This document shows, in pieces, positions 43,960-56,871 of a stretch of 64,000 bases of DNA; position 1 is the first letter of the stretch; every line of letters begins with the position of its first letter. Position numbers and translations under genes: made by a program. The notes under the pieces are model-generated. The model ran no database searches. It saw nothing but the letters and a program-made list of their open reading frames with translations, and was not told the DNA's origin. The DNA lies in the NCBI GenBank assembly GCA_951406725.2, contig OX597843.1:17484001-17548000 (forward strand), read 5' to 3'. Source of the stretch: Octopus vulgaris. Its lineage: Eukaryota.

Positions 43960-44277
43960 AAATGCCCAGGAAATTTGACGAAGGGGTCTTGATTAACCAT
44001 CAGGACAATGCCCCAACATACAAGTCCTAGATTTCAATGGCTGCCATGCGCGACTGCTTTCCAACTGGTTGATCACCTGCTAAATTGGTTTCATCGAACT
44101 ACCATCAATTCCCCAACATGAGAAATGACATCGCTGGCAACCATTAGCTCAGTGATCATGACGTCAAATTTGCTGTTGATGACATTTTCTTGAGCAACAG
44201 AATGAAAGCTTCTTCACCAATGGGATCCACGTTCTGCAACACCGACGGAAGACATGTGTGGACCGATATGGGGACTA
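43960..44277 (+). mobile_element. mariner transposase C-terminal relic
   Basis: GVLINHQDNAPTYKS followed by degenerate downstream motifs. Confidence 0.55.
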
Positions 44278-44512
44278 AGGCGGCGAGCTGGCAGAAACGT
44301 TAGCACGCCAGGCGAAATGCGTAGCCGTGTTTCGTCTGCCGTTACGTTCTGGGTTCAAATTCCGCCGAGGTCGACTTTGCCTTTCATCCTTTCGGGGTCG
44401 ATTAAATAAGTACCAGTTACGCACTGGGGTCGATGTAATCGACTTAATCCCTTTGTCTGTCCTTGTTTGCCCCCTCTATGTTTAACCCCTTGTGGGTAGT
44501 AAAGAAATAGAT
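44278..44512 (+). mobile_element. SINE family 2, single full-length unit
   Basis: GGCGGCGAGCTGGCAGAAACG head through GTAGTAAAGAAATA tail. Related copies at 5140-5305, 27075-27285 and 30360-30620. Confidence 0.82.
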
Positions 44513-44711
44513 ATGGGGGCTGATTAGGTTGTAAAACAAACCTCATCTGTTCACATTCAATAAGAGTATGTTGGCCAGCCTATGAACTTGTCAACCGGGG
44601 TTCGAATCTCGGCAGATCTGCGGTAGAACAAGTAGCACCGACGCTTGGGACGTTTCAGATACGAATCCGTCTACGAAAATGTCCTTGTAAATGCATTCGT
44701 ATACTCTTTGC

Positions 44712-45124
44712 TCTTTTACTCTTTTACTTGTTTCAGTCATTTGACTGTGGCCATGCTGGAGCACCACCTTTAGTCGAGTAAATCGACCCCAGGACTTATT
44801 CTTTGAAAGCCTAGTACTTATTCTATCGGTCTCTTTTGCCGAACCGCTAAGTGATGGGGATGTAAACACACCAGTATCGGTTGTCAAGCAATGCTAGGGA
44901 GACAAACACAGACACACAAACGTACACACACACATACATATGTATACATATACATATATACGACGTGCTTCTTTCAGTTTCCATCTACCAAATCCACTCA
45001 CAAGGCTTTGGTCGGCCCGAGGTTATAGTAGAAGACACTTGCTCAAGGTGCTACGCAGTGGGTCTGAACCCAGAACCATATGGTTGGTAAACAAGCTACT
45101 TACCACACAGCCACTCCTACGCCT
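44712..45124 (-). mobile_element. SINE family 1, full length
   Basis: Same structure as 3800-4208. Confidence 0.85.
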
Positions 45125-45281
45125 GAATTCTATAGAAAATCTTTAAAGATAAACTTAAAATGGGAACATCGCACTGCTAACACAAAAAGTCAGGCACAAT
45201 GTTAGCTTATAAATATTTATATACTTGGTCGTATATTACGGTTGCAAGATAAAATACTGTCTTAATACATACATACATACA

Positions 45282-45349
<68 letters not shown>

Positions 45350-45483
45350 TAGTTGAATGAATTATCCTAGTATGGATAATTCGGTTAACCGATACCCGGG
45401 CAGCAAATTTATCACTATGGACTCCGTGTGGGCTGTCATCTAAAAGTTTTTGTTCGTCATGATGCTGACATAAGTTCCTTGTC

Positions 45484-45564
45484 TTTCCTGATGAGAAGGC
45501 GGCATAATGCACCCTTTATTCCTTCGGAATTAAGAATATGCAGTCTTCGAAACATATGTCGAGA
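45484..45564 (+). ncRNA. Type I hammerhead ribozyme motif, canonical core
   Basis: Stem I UUUC/GAGA; CUGAUGA (45488-45494); stem II GAAGGC-G-GCAUA / UAUGC-A-GUCUUC; GAA; palindromic stem III ACAUAUGU; C17 at 45560 (GUC triplet). Confidence 0.85.
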
Positions 45565-45602
45565 ATAAAGGAATTTTGTTAAATCGTCGTTCGACTCCAT
45601 TC

Positions 45603-45665
<63 letters not shown>

Positions 45666-45820
45666 TAATATTCGTAGCCACGTCAACATGGCTGTCCCTT
45701 CGAACGGACTCTAGTGCGATTTTTTAACCCCAAGAGGACGTCTCCTCTAGATGGTTTACGATGCAGGGCTGCACCCGATAAATTGTGTGCAGGGGAGCGT
45801 ATCTTACCACCATCTAACAA

Positions 45821-45884
45821 CGAGGCCAGTAGACTACTCCTAGTTTCGGGCTATTTCTGCCACTCTTCGGTACTGGACACCTCG
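45821..45884 (-). ncRNA. Type I hammerhead ribozyme motif with extended bulged stem I (U4C core variant)
   Basis: Minus strand reads CGAGG-UGU-CCAGUA CCGAAGA G-U-GGC AGAAAUA GCC-C GAA ACUA GGAG UAGU C UACUGG CCUCG. All three stems pair; GUC triplet with C17 at 45832. Confidence 0.82.
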
Positions 45885-45961
45885 TCTTCTAGAGATGGCA
45901 GTAGCTCGCCTCTGCTCGCAATATATATATATATATATATACTTACTTGTTTACTTGCTTG

Positions 45962-46166
45962 TTTACTTGTTTCAGTTTCAGTCATTTGACTGCGGCCATG
46001 CTGGAGCACCGCCTTTAATCGAGCAACTCGACCCGGAGACTTATTCTTTTTGTAAGCCCAGTACTTATTCTATCGTCTCTTGTGCCGAACCGCTAAGTGA
46101 CGGGGACGTAAACACACCAGCATCGGTTGTCAAGCAATGCTATGGGGACAAACACAGACACACAAA

Positions 46167-46197
<31 letters not shown>

Positions 46198-46360
46198 CAC
46201 GTATATACGACAGGCTTCTTTCAGTTTCCGTCTACCAAATCCACTCACAGGGCATTGGTCGGCCCGGGGCTATAGCAGAAGACACTTGCCCAAGATGCCA
46301 CGCAGTGGGACTGAACCCGGAACCATGTGGTTGGTTAGCAAGCTACTTACCACACAGCCA
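45962..46360 (-). mobile_element. SINE family 1, near full length
   Basis: Same structure; first few head bases missing. Confidence 0.82.
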
Positions 46361-46380
46361 TATATATATATATATATATA

Positions 46381-47600
46381 AAGTGTATGTAAGGTATTTG
46401 AGGACATAACTGTTTTCCTAACTCTGTATAAGCTTTGTTTCAGAATATAATAATGGCAGACCCTAAGCTTACTCAAGAAATGAAGAGGCATTCTGTTACT
46501 GTGGTTATAAAGGCTGAGCATAGCAATTTAGAAATATCTCGATTTTTCAAAGTTGCCAGATCTTTCGTCTACAAAGTTTGTAAGGAGTTAAGAGACTGAA
46601 GATGAAAACGTATCACCAGTATCAAAGCATAAAAAGCATTCTAAACGCTCTGAAGTCATCAGAACACCTGAATTTATCCAGCAAGTTCAACAGACCATTG
46701 ATTACAATCTCAGAAAGTCCTTGAGGTCAATTGCGAAAGATCTTCATGTGTCAGAAGGAACAGTCAGAAATGTTGTCCACGTAGACATCAGATATAAGTC
46801 TTATATGATGAGGAAAGGTCAATTTGTCAGAAAAAGCAAAAGAAAATCACTACATCAGATGTAAAAGGCTCTTAAACAAACTGAAAAATCCAGCAGAAGA
46901 AGATTTGATTTGGTTTTTCTCAAATGAGAAAAACTTCGACCAAAATCAAAAAGTCAACAGAAGAAATGACAGACAGTTATGTGCAGACCCTTCTGAAGTA
47001 CAAGTGTTATGCATACAAAATTTCCTGCAACTGTCATGGTTTTACGAGTTGTCAGCAATGAAGGACATGTGATGCCTCCTTACTTCTTCCCACAAGGACT
47101 TAGAGTTAACTCTGCTGTCTACATTGAGATCCTGGAAATAATTGCTAAGCCCTGGATAGACGGTGTATGCAGTGGAAGGCCATATGTGTTTCAGTAAGAC
47201 TCTGCACTATCACACATGGCTCTAGTAACACAAGAATGGATGGTTGAAAGTTTTCATGATCACACAACCCCTAACATTTGGCCTCCTAATTCCCCAGATC
47301 TTAATCCATGTGGAGCATTGTTGAGAGAGAGGTCAATGAACACGCCCAAAACACCAAAGATTCTTTGAAAGCTGCTATAGCCAGAGTAATGTCCAAAATG
47401 AACCAGGACCACTTGAATCGAGCATGTAGATGATTTAGATCTCATATAGAAGCAGTTGTTGAAGCTGAAAGTGGCTTTATTGAATAACATTTTAGAAAAG
47501 AAGGTTTATTTTTATCCTCAAAGCGTTTTCTGATAAATAAAGTTATTATCTGTTATTATATAAACATAAATCTGTCCTCAAATATCTTACGCGCACCCTG

Positions 47601-47602
<2 letters not shown>
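46381..47602 (+). mobile_element. Near full-length degenerate Tc1/mariner element (maT/DD37D-like)
   Basis: FFSNEKNFDQ, VVSNEGHVMPPYFF, YVFQ*DSA and WPPNSPDLNP motifs. Matching TIR cores gtaaggtatttgaggaca / tgtcctcaaatatcttac; ends CCCTG-TA. Confidence 0.82.
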
Positions 47603-47644
<42 letters not shown>

Positions 47645-47835
47645 TACACATATGTATATGCATGCACATACACGCATTCACATAAAGAATCACAGACACA
47701 TATATACATATAGGTATGTATATATGTGTATATATCTCTCATACACTCTCTATGCCTGTATATGCATATGCATATAAATACTAATGTATGTGTGTGTGTG
47801 CTTGTGTGTGTATTTATATGCATATATATACCGAT

Positions 47836-47881
<46 letters not shown>

Positions 47882-48406
47882 CAGACCCCGTGTGACATGT
47901 GAATCCAAATGGCGTCGAGGTTGGCATCTTTTAACATCACAAATGATGACATTTATGTGTGTTACTTTCTCACCTCCACTTTCAGAGAGCTTCAAACCTC
48001 TCCCCATCTTCCCCCTCTCTCGTTTGTTGGTCATGTGTCGGCTGTGCGCGCTCAGCTTTGCCGTCGAGTCGTACTGTACCGGAAGTAGATTGTGGGATAC
48101 TGGGATATGAATGTGTTCGGTTGAGAGCAGGAATTAATTTGGGAAAAAAGTAGGGTGGGAAAGAGAGAGAAAGAGAGGTGAAGAGAGAGAGAGAGAGAGA
48201 GACAGAGAGAAGAGAGGAGAGAGGAGAGAGGGGGAGAAAGAGACGGAAAGTAAGAGAGAGAGAGAGAAAGAGGGAGAGAGATAGTGTATGTGCTGGAGAG
48301 AAATGATGGGGAGAAGATGAGGTGAGGCTTGGTGGTCGTGGTGGAGGTGGTAGGAATGACAGATGGATAGATAGGAAGATAGGCAGATAGAGAGATTGAA
48401 ATAGAT

Positions 48407-48444
<38 letters not shown>

Positions 48445-48783
48445 AAAGAGAGAGAGAGAGACAGAAAGCTAGACATACGATGATAGAGATAGATAGAATG
48501 GGATAGATAGATGGACAGATAGATAAATTGAGTGGTAGAATGATGGATAAATGAATATATAGATAATCAGATACATGGGTAGATGGACAGACAGACAGAC
48601 AGATAAATAGATAGATAGATAGACAACCAGAGAGATGGGTAGATAGGTATATAGGTAGATATATAGATAGATAGACAGACAGATAGATAGATAGATAGGT
48701 AGATAGATAGATAGATAGATAGGTAGATAGATAGATAGACAGATAGGTAGATAGATATATAGATAGATAGATAGATAGATAGG

Positions 48784-48823
<40 letters not shown>

Positions 48824-48864
48824 CAGACAGATAGATAGATAGATAGGTAGATATATAGATAGAT

Positions 48865-48934
<70 letters not shown>

Positions 48935-48935
48935 G

Positions 48936-48966
<31 letters not shown>

Positions 48967-48984
48967 GTAGATAGACAGACAGAT

Positions 48985-49470
48985 AGAAATGTTTTTTTAT
49001 TAGCAACACAAGGCTGAACAAATTACAAAGTAGAGCTTTTCTTTTTGGGGAGGAAAAAAATGGGGTAGGTTTTCGATCAAAAGGGATCGTAAAAAGGAAA
49101 GAAAAAAATAATGATCAATAGGGATCGTGTATCACAGAAATATCATGATGTAAAGTGTAAAGGGGGAAGCAGATAAGGTTTATCCGTGGAAAGAAAAACC
49201 TACGGAAAAGACCATGGTAACGTCGGTCAATAATGCCGCATGTTAACACATTTATTTGCAAGTAAGTAGCTCTCTGTTTTAAAATTTTCCGGGTTCATGC
49301 GTGCCGTCCTTGCTACATTCACCCATCTTTTTTTGAAACATTCGCTAGACAAAACTTGCCTCTCTACTCTCAGCTTCCTTTTCAAGTGATACTTGAAGAA
49401 GTTGATGAGAGATTGACCAGAGAGGAAAGTGTTTGTCTCCAATCCTTTCAGACGCGTCCTCCAGATAAAT
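48985..49470 (-). mobile_element. 3' end of an L1/Tx1-like LINE tailed with (TCTA)n
   Basis: ORF2-like C-terminus TFLSGQSLINFFKYHLKRKLRVERQVLSSECFKKRW; T-rich 3' UTR, then AATAAA, then (TCTA)n. Confidence 0.62.
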
Positions 49471-49575
49471 TATTTCGCCACAGCCACAAGGATGATGAAG
49501 ATAGCTCTTCCTTCCCGTTTGAAGGAAGGAGGCGTGACAATATTGACGATAGACTCGACTGATGACGATAGACTC

Positions 49576-49635
<60 letters not shown>

Positions 49636-49930
49636 CGATAGATAGATAGGTAAGTAGGTAGGTAGATTGAAAGACAAATAGACAGAGAGGTCGATAGAAA
49701 GATTGATAAATTGATGATTAATAGAGCGATCGAGTGATTGATGAATTGGTAGATAATGTACAACTCCGACAGAAGCAGTGATGTGATCGGTACACCAATT
49801 AATAGGTAGGTGTATGTGTGTGTGAATGTGTGCGTGTTTGTGCATATGTGTATATATGGATGCATGTGGGTCTGCATATATATGTACTCCACCTGCCTTC
49901 GTCTTTTGTTTATTTTCGTAAACCTTCCCG

Positions 49931-49983
<53 letters not shown>

Positions 49984-50079
49984 ATCCAAACAAGAAAGCA
50001 CAAAAAAAAACACAACAACGCGAGGACGTGGAACAAATATAGTATTATTGGACGCTCAGGAAAGAAGGAAAGAAGGAGG

Positions 50080-50114
50080 GTTTAACGTTTCGAGCGGAGC
50101 TCTTCGTCGGAGAC
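50080..50114 (-). ncRNA. Second copy of the 23418 hammerhead-like motif
   Basis: Minus strand: GUCU CCGACGA A GAGC UCC GCUC GAA ACGU U AAAC, in element 49979-50178. A truncated copy lacking the motif lies at about 39907-40000. Confidence 0.55.
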
Positions 50115-50176
50115 ATAGGAGAAGGAAAGATCCAGAGAAGGGAAGACAGAGGAAAAAAAATCGCCAACGGTACACA

Positions 50177-50224
<48 letters not shown>

Positions 50225-50514
50225 ACACGCATGTGTATAAATTTGCATGTATATATATGCATAATATTATAAATAAATATATGATAGATATCATATATGA
50301 TATACGCACCTATGTATATCGATTAGCTTTTTATCAGGCAAGTTAGGTCCTTATCTACCAATTCATCAATCACTCGATCGTACTATTAATCTTCAATCCA
50401 TCAATCTTTCTATCGACCTCTCTGTCTATTTGTCTTTCAATCTACTTACCTACTTACCTAGCTATCAACCTATCTACCCAGTTGCTTATTCGAAAAAAAA
50501 AAAAAAAAGAAATA

Positions 50515-50827
50515 TAACATGTGACTCCATTGACCGAGGTTACCGTGGTCTTTTCCGTAGGCTTTTCTTTCCACGGGTAAACCTCACCTGTCCTCCCCTT
50601 TACACTTCATATTGACATTTCTGTGATAACGATCCCTATTGATCAATTTTTTTCCCTCTCCCCCTTTTTTTTAACCCCCCTTTTTTTGTCCTTTTTCTCT
50701 CCTTTTACGATCCCTTTTGATCGAAACTCCCCCTTCCTTTTTTTTTTTTTTTAAACCTTCAAAAGAAAAGCTCTACCTTGTAATTTGTTCTATCTGTGTG
50801 CAGCCCTGTGTGGCTAATAAAGAAACA

Positions 50828-50890
<63 letters not shown>

Positions 50891-50931
50891 GTCCCATCTG
50901 TGTGCAGCCCTGTGTGGCTAATAAAGAAACA

Positions 50932-50984
<53 letters not shown>

Positions 50985-51054
50985 CTATCTATCTCTATCT
51001 ATCTATCTATCTTTGTCCCATCTGTGTGCAGCCCTGTGTGGCCAATAAAGAAAC

Positions 51055-51130
<76 letters not shown>
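50515..51130 (+). mobile_element. 3' UTR of the same LINE family with a triplicated tail
   Basis: Similar to the reverse complement of 48985-49230. The unit atctgtgtgcagccctgtgtggctaataaagaaac + (TCTA)n occurs three times. Confidence 0.65.
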
Positions 51131-51131
<1 letters not shown>

Positions 51132-51169
51132 ATTGTAAGGCTATCAAGAAATACTTTGATTTTATAAAA

Positions 51170-51490
51170 TACAGTTCAATCTCCGTTTACGAACACATCT
51201 CATCTCGAACAAATCGGTTGACGGACAATTTTTCGGACATAAAACGTTTCGAGTGACGAATGTTGTCTCAAGTAACGAACGGGTTCTCAAAGTAACGAAC
51301 ACATAAGACTGCAATAATGTTTAGGTACAAGCTGGGAGTATCAGCAGAAGAGCATCAGTTGCTGTCTAGCTTTCACTCAGTAACGTCGCTGCTCGAATTT
51401 GGCCATTAGAAAAATAGTTTCGGATTGCGAACATTTCGGGTACCGAACGGCTTTCGAGAACGAATCAAATTCATTGATTGAAGATGATGG
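51170..51490. mobile_element. Probable pogo/Tigger-like MITE remnant
   Basis: TA-CAGT start with repeated ACGAAC subterminal motifs and an eroded opposite end. Confidence 0.4.
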
Positions 51491-51728
51491 ATTAGAGTAA
51501 TTCAGGTAACGCACGAGTTGTGCCATTAGACTGAAAGTAGCCTGCATAATCTGGGTTATGTCTGCGTTTTCTGTTTTCATACTGTCGAGGAGCAGAGGTG
51601 GCTGTGTGGTAAGAAGTTTGCTTCTCAACCACATTGTTCCGGGTTCAGTCTCACTGTATGGCACCTTGGGACTACTGCAACCTCTCATATCCTTATGAGT
51701 GGATTTGGTAGACGAAAAGTGAAGTCCG

Positions 51729-51767
<39 letters not shown>

Positions 51768-52109
51768 AATATAAGAGTGTCCACTATGTGGACGCTCTTG
51801 CGCTAAAAATAGATCTGCAATGGTCTTAAACACCAAGAATTGTTCCCAAGGAGAATTAGCACACCTATGGGAACAATTCTTGGTGGTTGAGACCATTGCG
51901 GATCTATTTTTAGCGCAAGAGTGTCCACATAGTGGACACTCTTATATTTGTGTATCAATTTCTACTGTATCCCAATTTTTATGCGCTAAACCACTTGGTG
52001 TTAAATTGATGTTATTATCAAATTAATATCCAAATTTTTCACCCTTATTTTTGATATATATACTCTTTTACTTGTTTCAGTCATTTGACTGTGGCCATGC
52101 TAGACACCG

Positions 52110-52165
<56 letters not shown>

Positions 52166-52283
52166 GTTAATGTTTGTTTTTATGTTCAGTTATTAAAAAA
52201 ATGGTTTGACAGGTTACTCCTTAATTTTGTAGAGTACAAATTTATTATTCTTAAGCAAGAATGCCAACATTATTCTTGTTTAA

Positions 52284-52320
<37 letters not shown>

Positions 52321-52540
52321 CTCCTCTCCACAATACCGGATGAACCAACAGCCCGACATGAGGTGCAGACGAGGGCAGCGGACTCAAGCTCCTTTATACA
52401 CCAAATGGGTCAACAGCTGGAACAAAGCACATAGAGGAGTGGTGATGTGAAATACTTCAGACTGAGGAAATCAGAAAGACCACGGTGGGGCTCCAGCATG
52501 ACCACAGCTGCAAAGCTGAAACAAGTAAAAGAGTAAAAGA

Positions 52541-52812
<272 letters not shown>

Positions 52813-53495
52813 TATTCATGTGTGTGTCCGTCCACCACCATCGTTTGACAATCGGTGTTTGTCTGTTTCCATCCCCGTAACCTAGTGGCTCGGCAAAAGA
52901 CGCCGATAGAATAAGTTCTAAGCTACAAAAAAAAAAGCGCTATGACAGTTTCGTGTGAGACGAGAACCCTTCCAGGCGGTGCCCCAGTATGGCCGCAGTC
53001 TGTGACTGAAAAAGGTGAAAAAGGAAAACCACTCTCCATCATTGTGATTGCTGATTTTTCAGAACGACGCTCAGTTGACTTAAGCCTCACTGTATTTTTG
53101 CGACAGGGGCGGGATTCGAACTCAGAATGTCCAGAGGTGGAGCAGATAACGTAAAAGAAGGCATGGCTGTGTTTCCCAACCACGTGATCTCGGGTTTATT
53201 CCCCACGGCGTGGCATGCTGGACAACACAGGTGTCTTCTATTATAGTCACGGTTCGAATAGTGTCTTGTGAGAGAATTTGTAACACGGAAACTGTGTGGA
53301 AGCCGTCGTGAGTATATGGCAAGAAGCCTGCTTCACAATCACATGGTCCTGGGTTCAGTCCCACTGTGTGGCACCTTGGGCGAGTGTCTTCTACTCTAAC
53401 CTCATGCTGATCAAAGCTTTATAAGTGGTTTAGTAGACGGAAACTGAAAGAAGCCCGTCGTATGTATGTATGTATGTATGTATGTATATATGTGT

Positions 53496-53538
<43 letters not shown>

Positions 53539-53660
53539 GGCGCAGGAGTGGCTGTGTGGTCGTAAAAAGCTTGCTTCCCAACCACTTGGTTCTGGGTTCA
53601 ATCCCACTGCATGGCTTTGTGAGTGGATTCGGTAGATTGGAAACTGAAAGAAGCCTGTCG

Positions 53661-53704
<44 letters not shown>

Positions 53705-53760
53705 TTACTGCACGCATTTTTTTCTCTCCTTCTTTCTGTGTTTTTTTTTCTCTCTGTGTA

Positions 53761-53798
53761 TCTTTCTGTTAAAGAGCGTAGGCTCGAAACGTTAAAGA
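53761..53798 (+). ncRNA. Degenerate second copy of the 34022 hammerhead-like motif
   Basis: UCUUU CUGUUAA A GAGC GUAG GCUC GAA ACGU U AAAGA, in a copy (about 53701-53898) of the same element family. Confidence 0.5.
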
Positions 53799-53896
53799 CT
53801 TGTTTTATTTATATTTCCTGAGCGCTATACTAATACAATTGTTTGTTTTGTTTTCCACCTGCCTTCGTCTTTTGTCTATTTTCATAAAGCTTCCCG

Positions 53897-53939
<43 letters not shown>

Positions 53940-53986
53940 GAGAGAGAGATCTGTAATATAATATGTGACAATTATTCGGTTGCCAT

Positions 53987-54047
53987 AATAAAACTCCGAG
54001 TTTCGGAGGTCGGGGCGGAAACCTGCTCCGGAATTTCTTCAGTTATC
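53987..54047 (-). ncRNA. Hammerhead-like motif with irregular stem II junction
   Basis: Minus strand: GAUAA CUGAAGA aauucc GGAG...CUCC GAA ACUC G GAGU U UUAUU. Its 3' flank resembles that of the 34533 motif. Confidence 0.5.
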
Positions 54048-54415
54048 GAGGCAATCAAAATATGCTATGAAAATCATAAACTCGAAACCCGGAATCTTAT
54101 TATGACAACCGAATAATTGCAACATATTATATTAAAGATAAATTCCTCTATTTACATAATATCGAGGTATCTTCATTCTTTTGCTGTCCTACCATTACTA
54201 TTAATACATGTATCTATTTGTGTATCTATCCCTCCACCATCGCTTGACAACCGATGTTGGTGTGTTTACGTCCCTGTTCGACACAAGAAACCGATAGAAT
54301 AAGTACTAGGCTTACAAAGAATAAGCCCTGCAGTGCTCCAGTATGGCTACAGTCAAATAACTGAAAGAAGTAAAATAATAACAATATAAGCACACACATA
54401 CATACAAATATATTT

Positions 54416-54456
<41 letters not shown>

Positions 54457-54478
54457 CATATATATATATACATATATA

Positions 54479-54883
54479 GGCGCAGGAGTGGCTGTGTGGT
54501 AAGTAGCTTGCTTACCAACCACATGGTTCCGGGTTCAGTCCCACTGTGTAGTACCTTGGGCAAGTGTTTTCTACTATAGCCCCGGGCCGACCAATGCCTT
54601 GTAAGTGGATTTGGTAGATGGAAACTGAAAGAAGCCTGTCGTATATATATATATGTATGTGCGTGTATGTCTGTCTGTGTTTGTCCCCCTAGCATTGCTT
54701 GACAACCGATGCTGGTGTGTTTACGTCCCTGTAACTTAGCGGTTCGGCAAAAGAGACCGATAGAATAAGTACTAGGCTTACAAAGAATAAGTCCTGGGGT
54801 CGATTTGCTCGACTAAAGGCGGTGCTCCAGCATGGCCGCAGTCAAATGACTGAAACAAGTAAAAGAGTAAAAGAGAGTAAAGA

Positions 54884-54885
<2 letters not shown>
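54479..54885 (+). mobile_element. SINE family 1, full length (partial copies at 52825-53660, 54225-54380, 56173-56325)
   Basis: Same structure in plus orientation. Confidence 0.85.
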
Positions 54886-54937
<52 letters not shown>

Positions 54938-55601
54938 GTATATATAAACACACACATATATGTTTATATAGAATTGCTGTTATGAAAACTTTAGAATTTT
55001 GTTTCGTCTACCAAATCCTCTGCGAGGTGGCATGAATCTTCGGGTAGCCATAAAAACCCCTTGAGAAGTGACACCCAGGGCGTCGGGGCGAGGAGAGGGT
55101 GGCGGAGATTAAAATATTTTATAATCACTAGAGTAATTAGTTTTAAGGTAATTATCTCTTCAGGGCAGGGCTGGTGTGTGGGGGGAAGAGGGTGAGCGTA
55201 CTTAAGGCTAATGAAGTATGTTAATGCGCAGCCGTGGATGTATGTGTGTGTATGAGGGAGAGAGAGAGAAGATGTTTGTGTATATGTGTGTATATATGTG
55301 AATATATGTGTGTATAAGAAGTTATACACTCACACATACTTAAACTATTTTTCTCGTTTTGACACGTGTATATAAAAATGCGCATCGCGAATACATAATA
55401 CGTACGTAAATTCATACATGTATGCACACATACAAATGTATATTATGTGCGTATATATCTATGATTAACACACATACACACACATATGTATAAATATATA
55501 TGTATGCATATATTATGTATGTACATGCATACGCATACGCATATAACTATATGCATATTTGTATGTGTGTATACATACATATATGTATGCATATATGCAT
55601 T

Positions 55602-55636
<35 letters not shown>

Positions 55637-55778
55637 ATGTGTGTATAAATGTTTATATATGCATATTTATTCACATGTGTGTGTAATTTCATAGACATAC
55701 CCTCAACACACACGTACGTTTGTATATGCTCAAAGACATTCCTGCTGCCTATCACTAGTTTTACTGACGCCGTTACAG

Positions 55779-55834
<56 letters not shown>

Positions 55835-55838
55835 ACAC

Positions 55839-55872
<34 letters not shown>

Positions 55873-56118
55873 CAGCTTGTTTATATATCGTGTATATGTC
55901 AGTGGTCGCTATAAAAATGCCACGTTTTAACCATGTTTACACTTCAGAGATTTTTGTAGTCCTCTTCCTCCTCCTCCTCCTCCTCCTCCCCCTCCTTCTA
56001 GATCATTACTTATATACCCAATACAATCACATGAGTGTAGATCACGTGGAGAGATTTGATGTTCCCTATATAGATCCAGCGTAACTATATATATATATAT
56101 ATATGTATATATGTGTGA

Positions 56119-56167
<49 letters not shown>

Positions 56168-56324
56168 CACATAGGCACAGGCGTGGCTGTATGGTAAAAA
56201 AACTTGCTTCCCAACCACTTGGTTCCGGGTTCAGTCTCACTGCATGGCACCTTAGGCAAGTGTCTTCTACTATAGCCCCGAGGTGATCATAGGCTCGTGG
56301 ACGGAAACTGAAAGAAGCCCATCG

Positions 56325-56420
<96 letters not shown>

Positions 56421-56871
56421 CACACATGTATCTGTGTGTGTGTGTGGGGGGGTGTCTGTGAAAGATGATAGAAATAAAAGAAACTACAGAATTGCGTAGT
56501 CACCGAAGTACAACAATTTTAGCTGGAGTTGAAGACTCTGGAGAAGCTGTAGGAGGAAGCCTAGGAAGAGGAACAACAACCAGTAGTAGAGGTGCAAGAC
56601 TTACCGAGTAAGGGGGCGATCACCGTACTTGGAGTAGAAGGACATAGGAGACGATGGAGAGGAAGGTCAAGGAAATGCATAGGTTTCGTTTACAACCCTT
56701 TTTGTAATTATCCAAACATTCATACCAACCACAACACCACTACCACCATCACCACTACTATCACCTCCCCACTATCACCGTCACCACCACCACCACTACC
56801 AACAATCCCATCACCACCACCATCATCACCATCACCAAAACCACTGCCACCATCAATACCGCTAGTATCAA

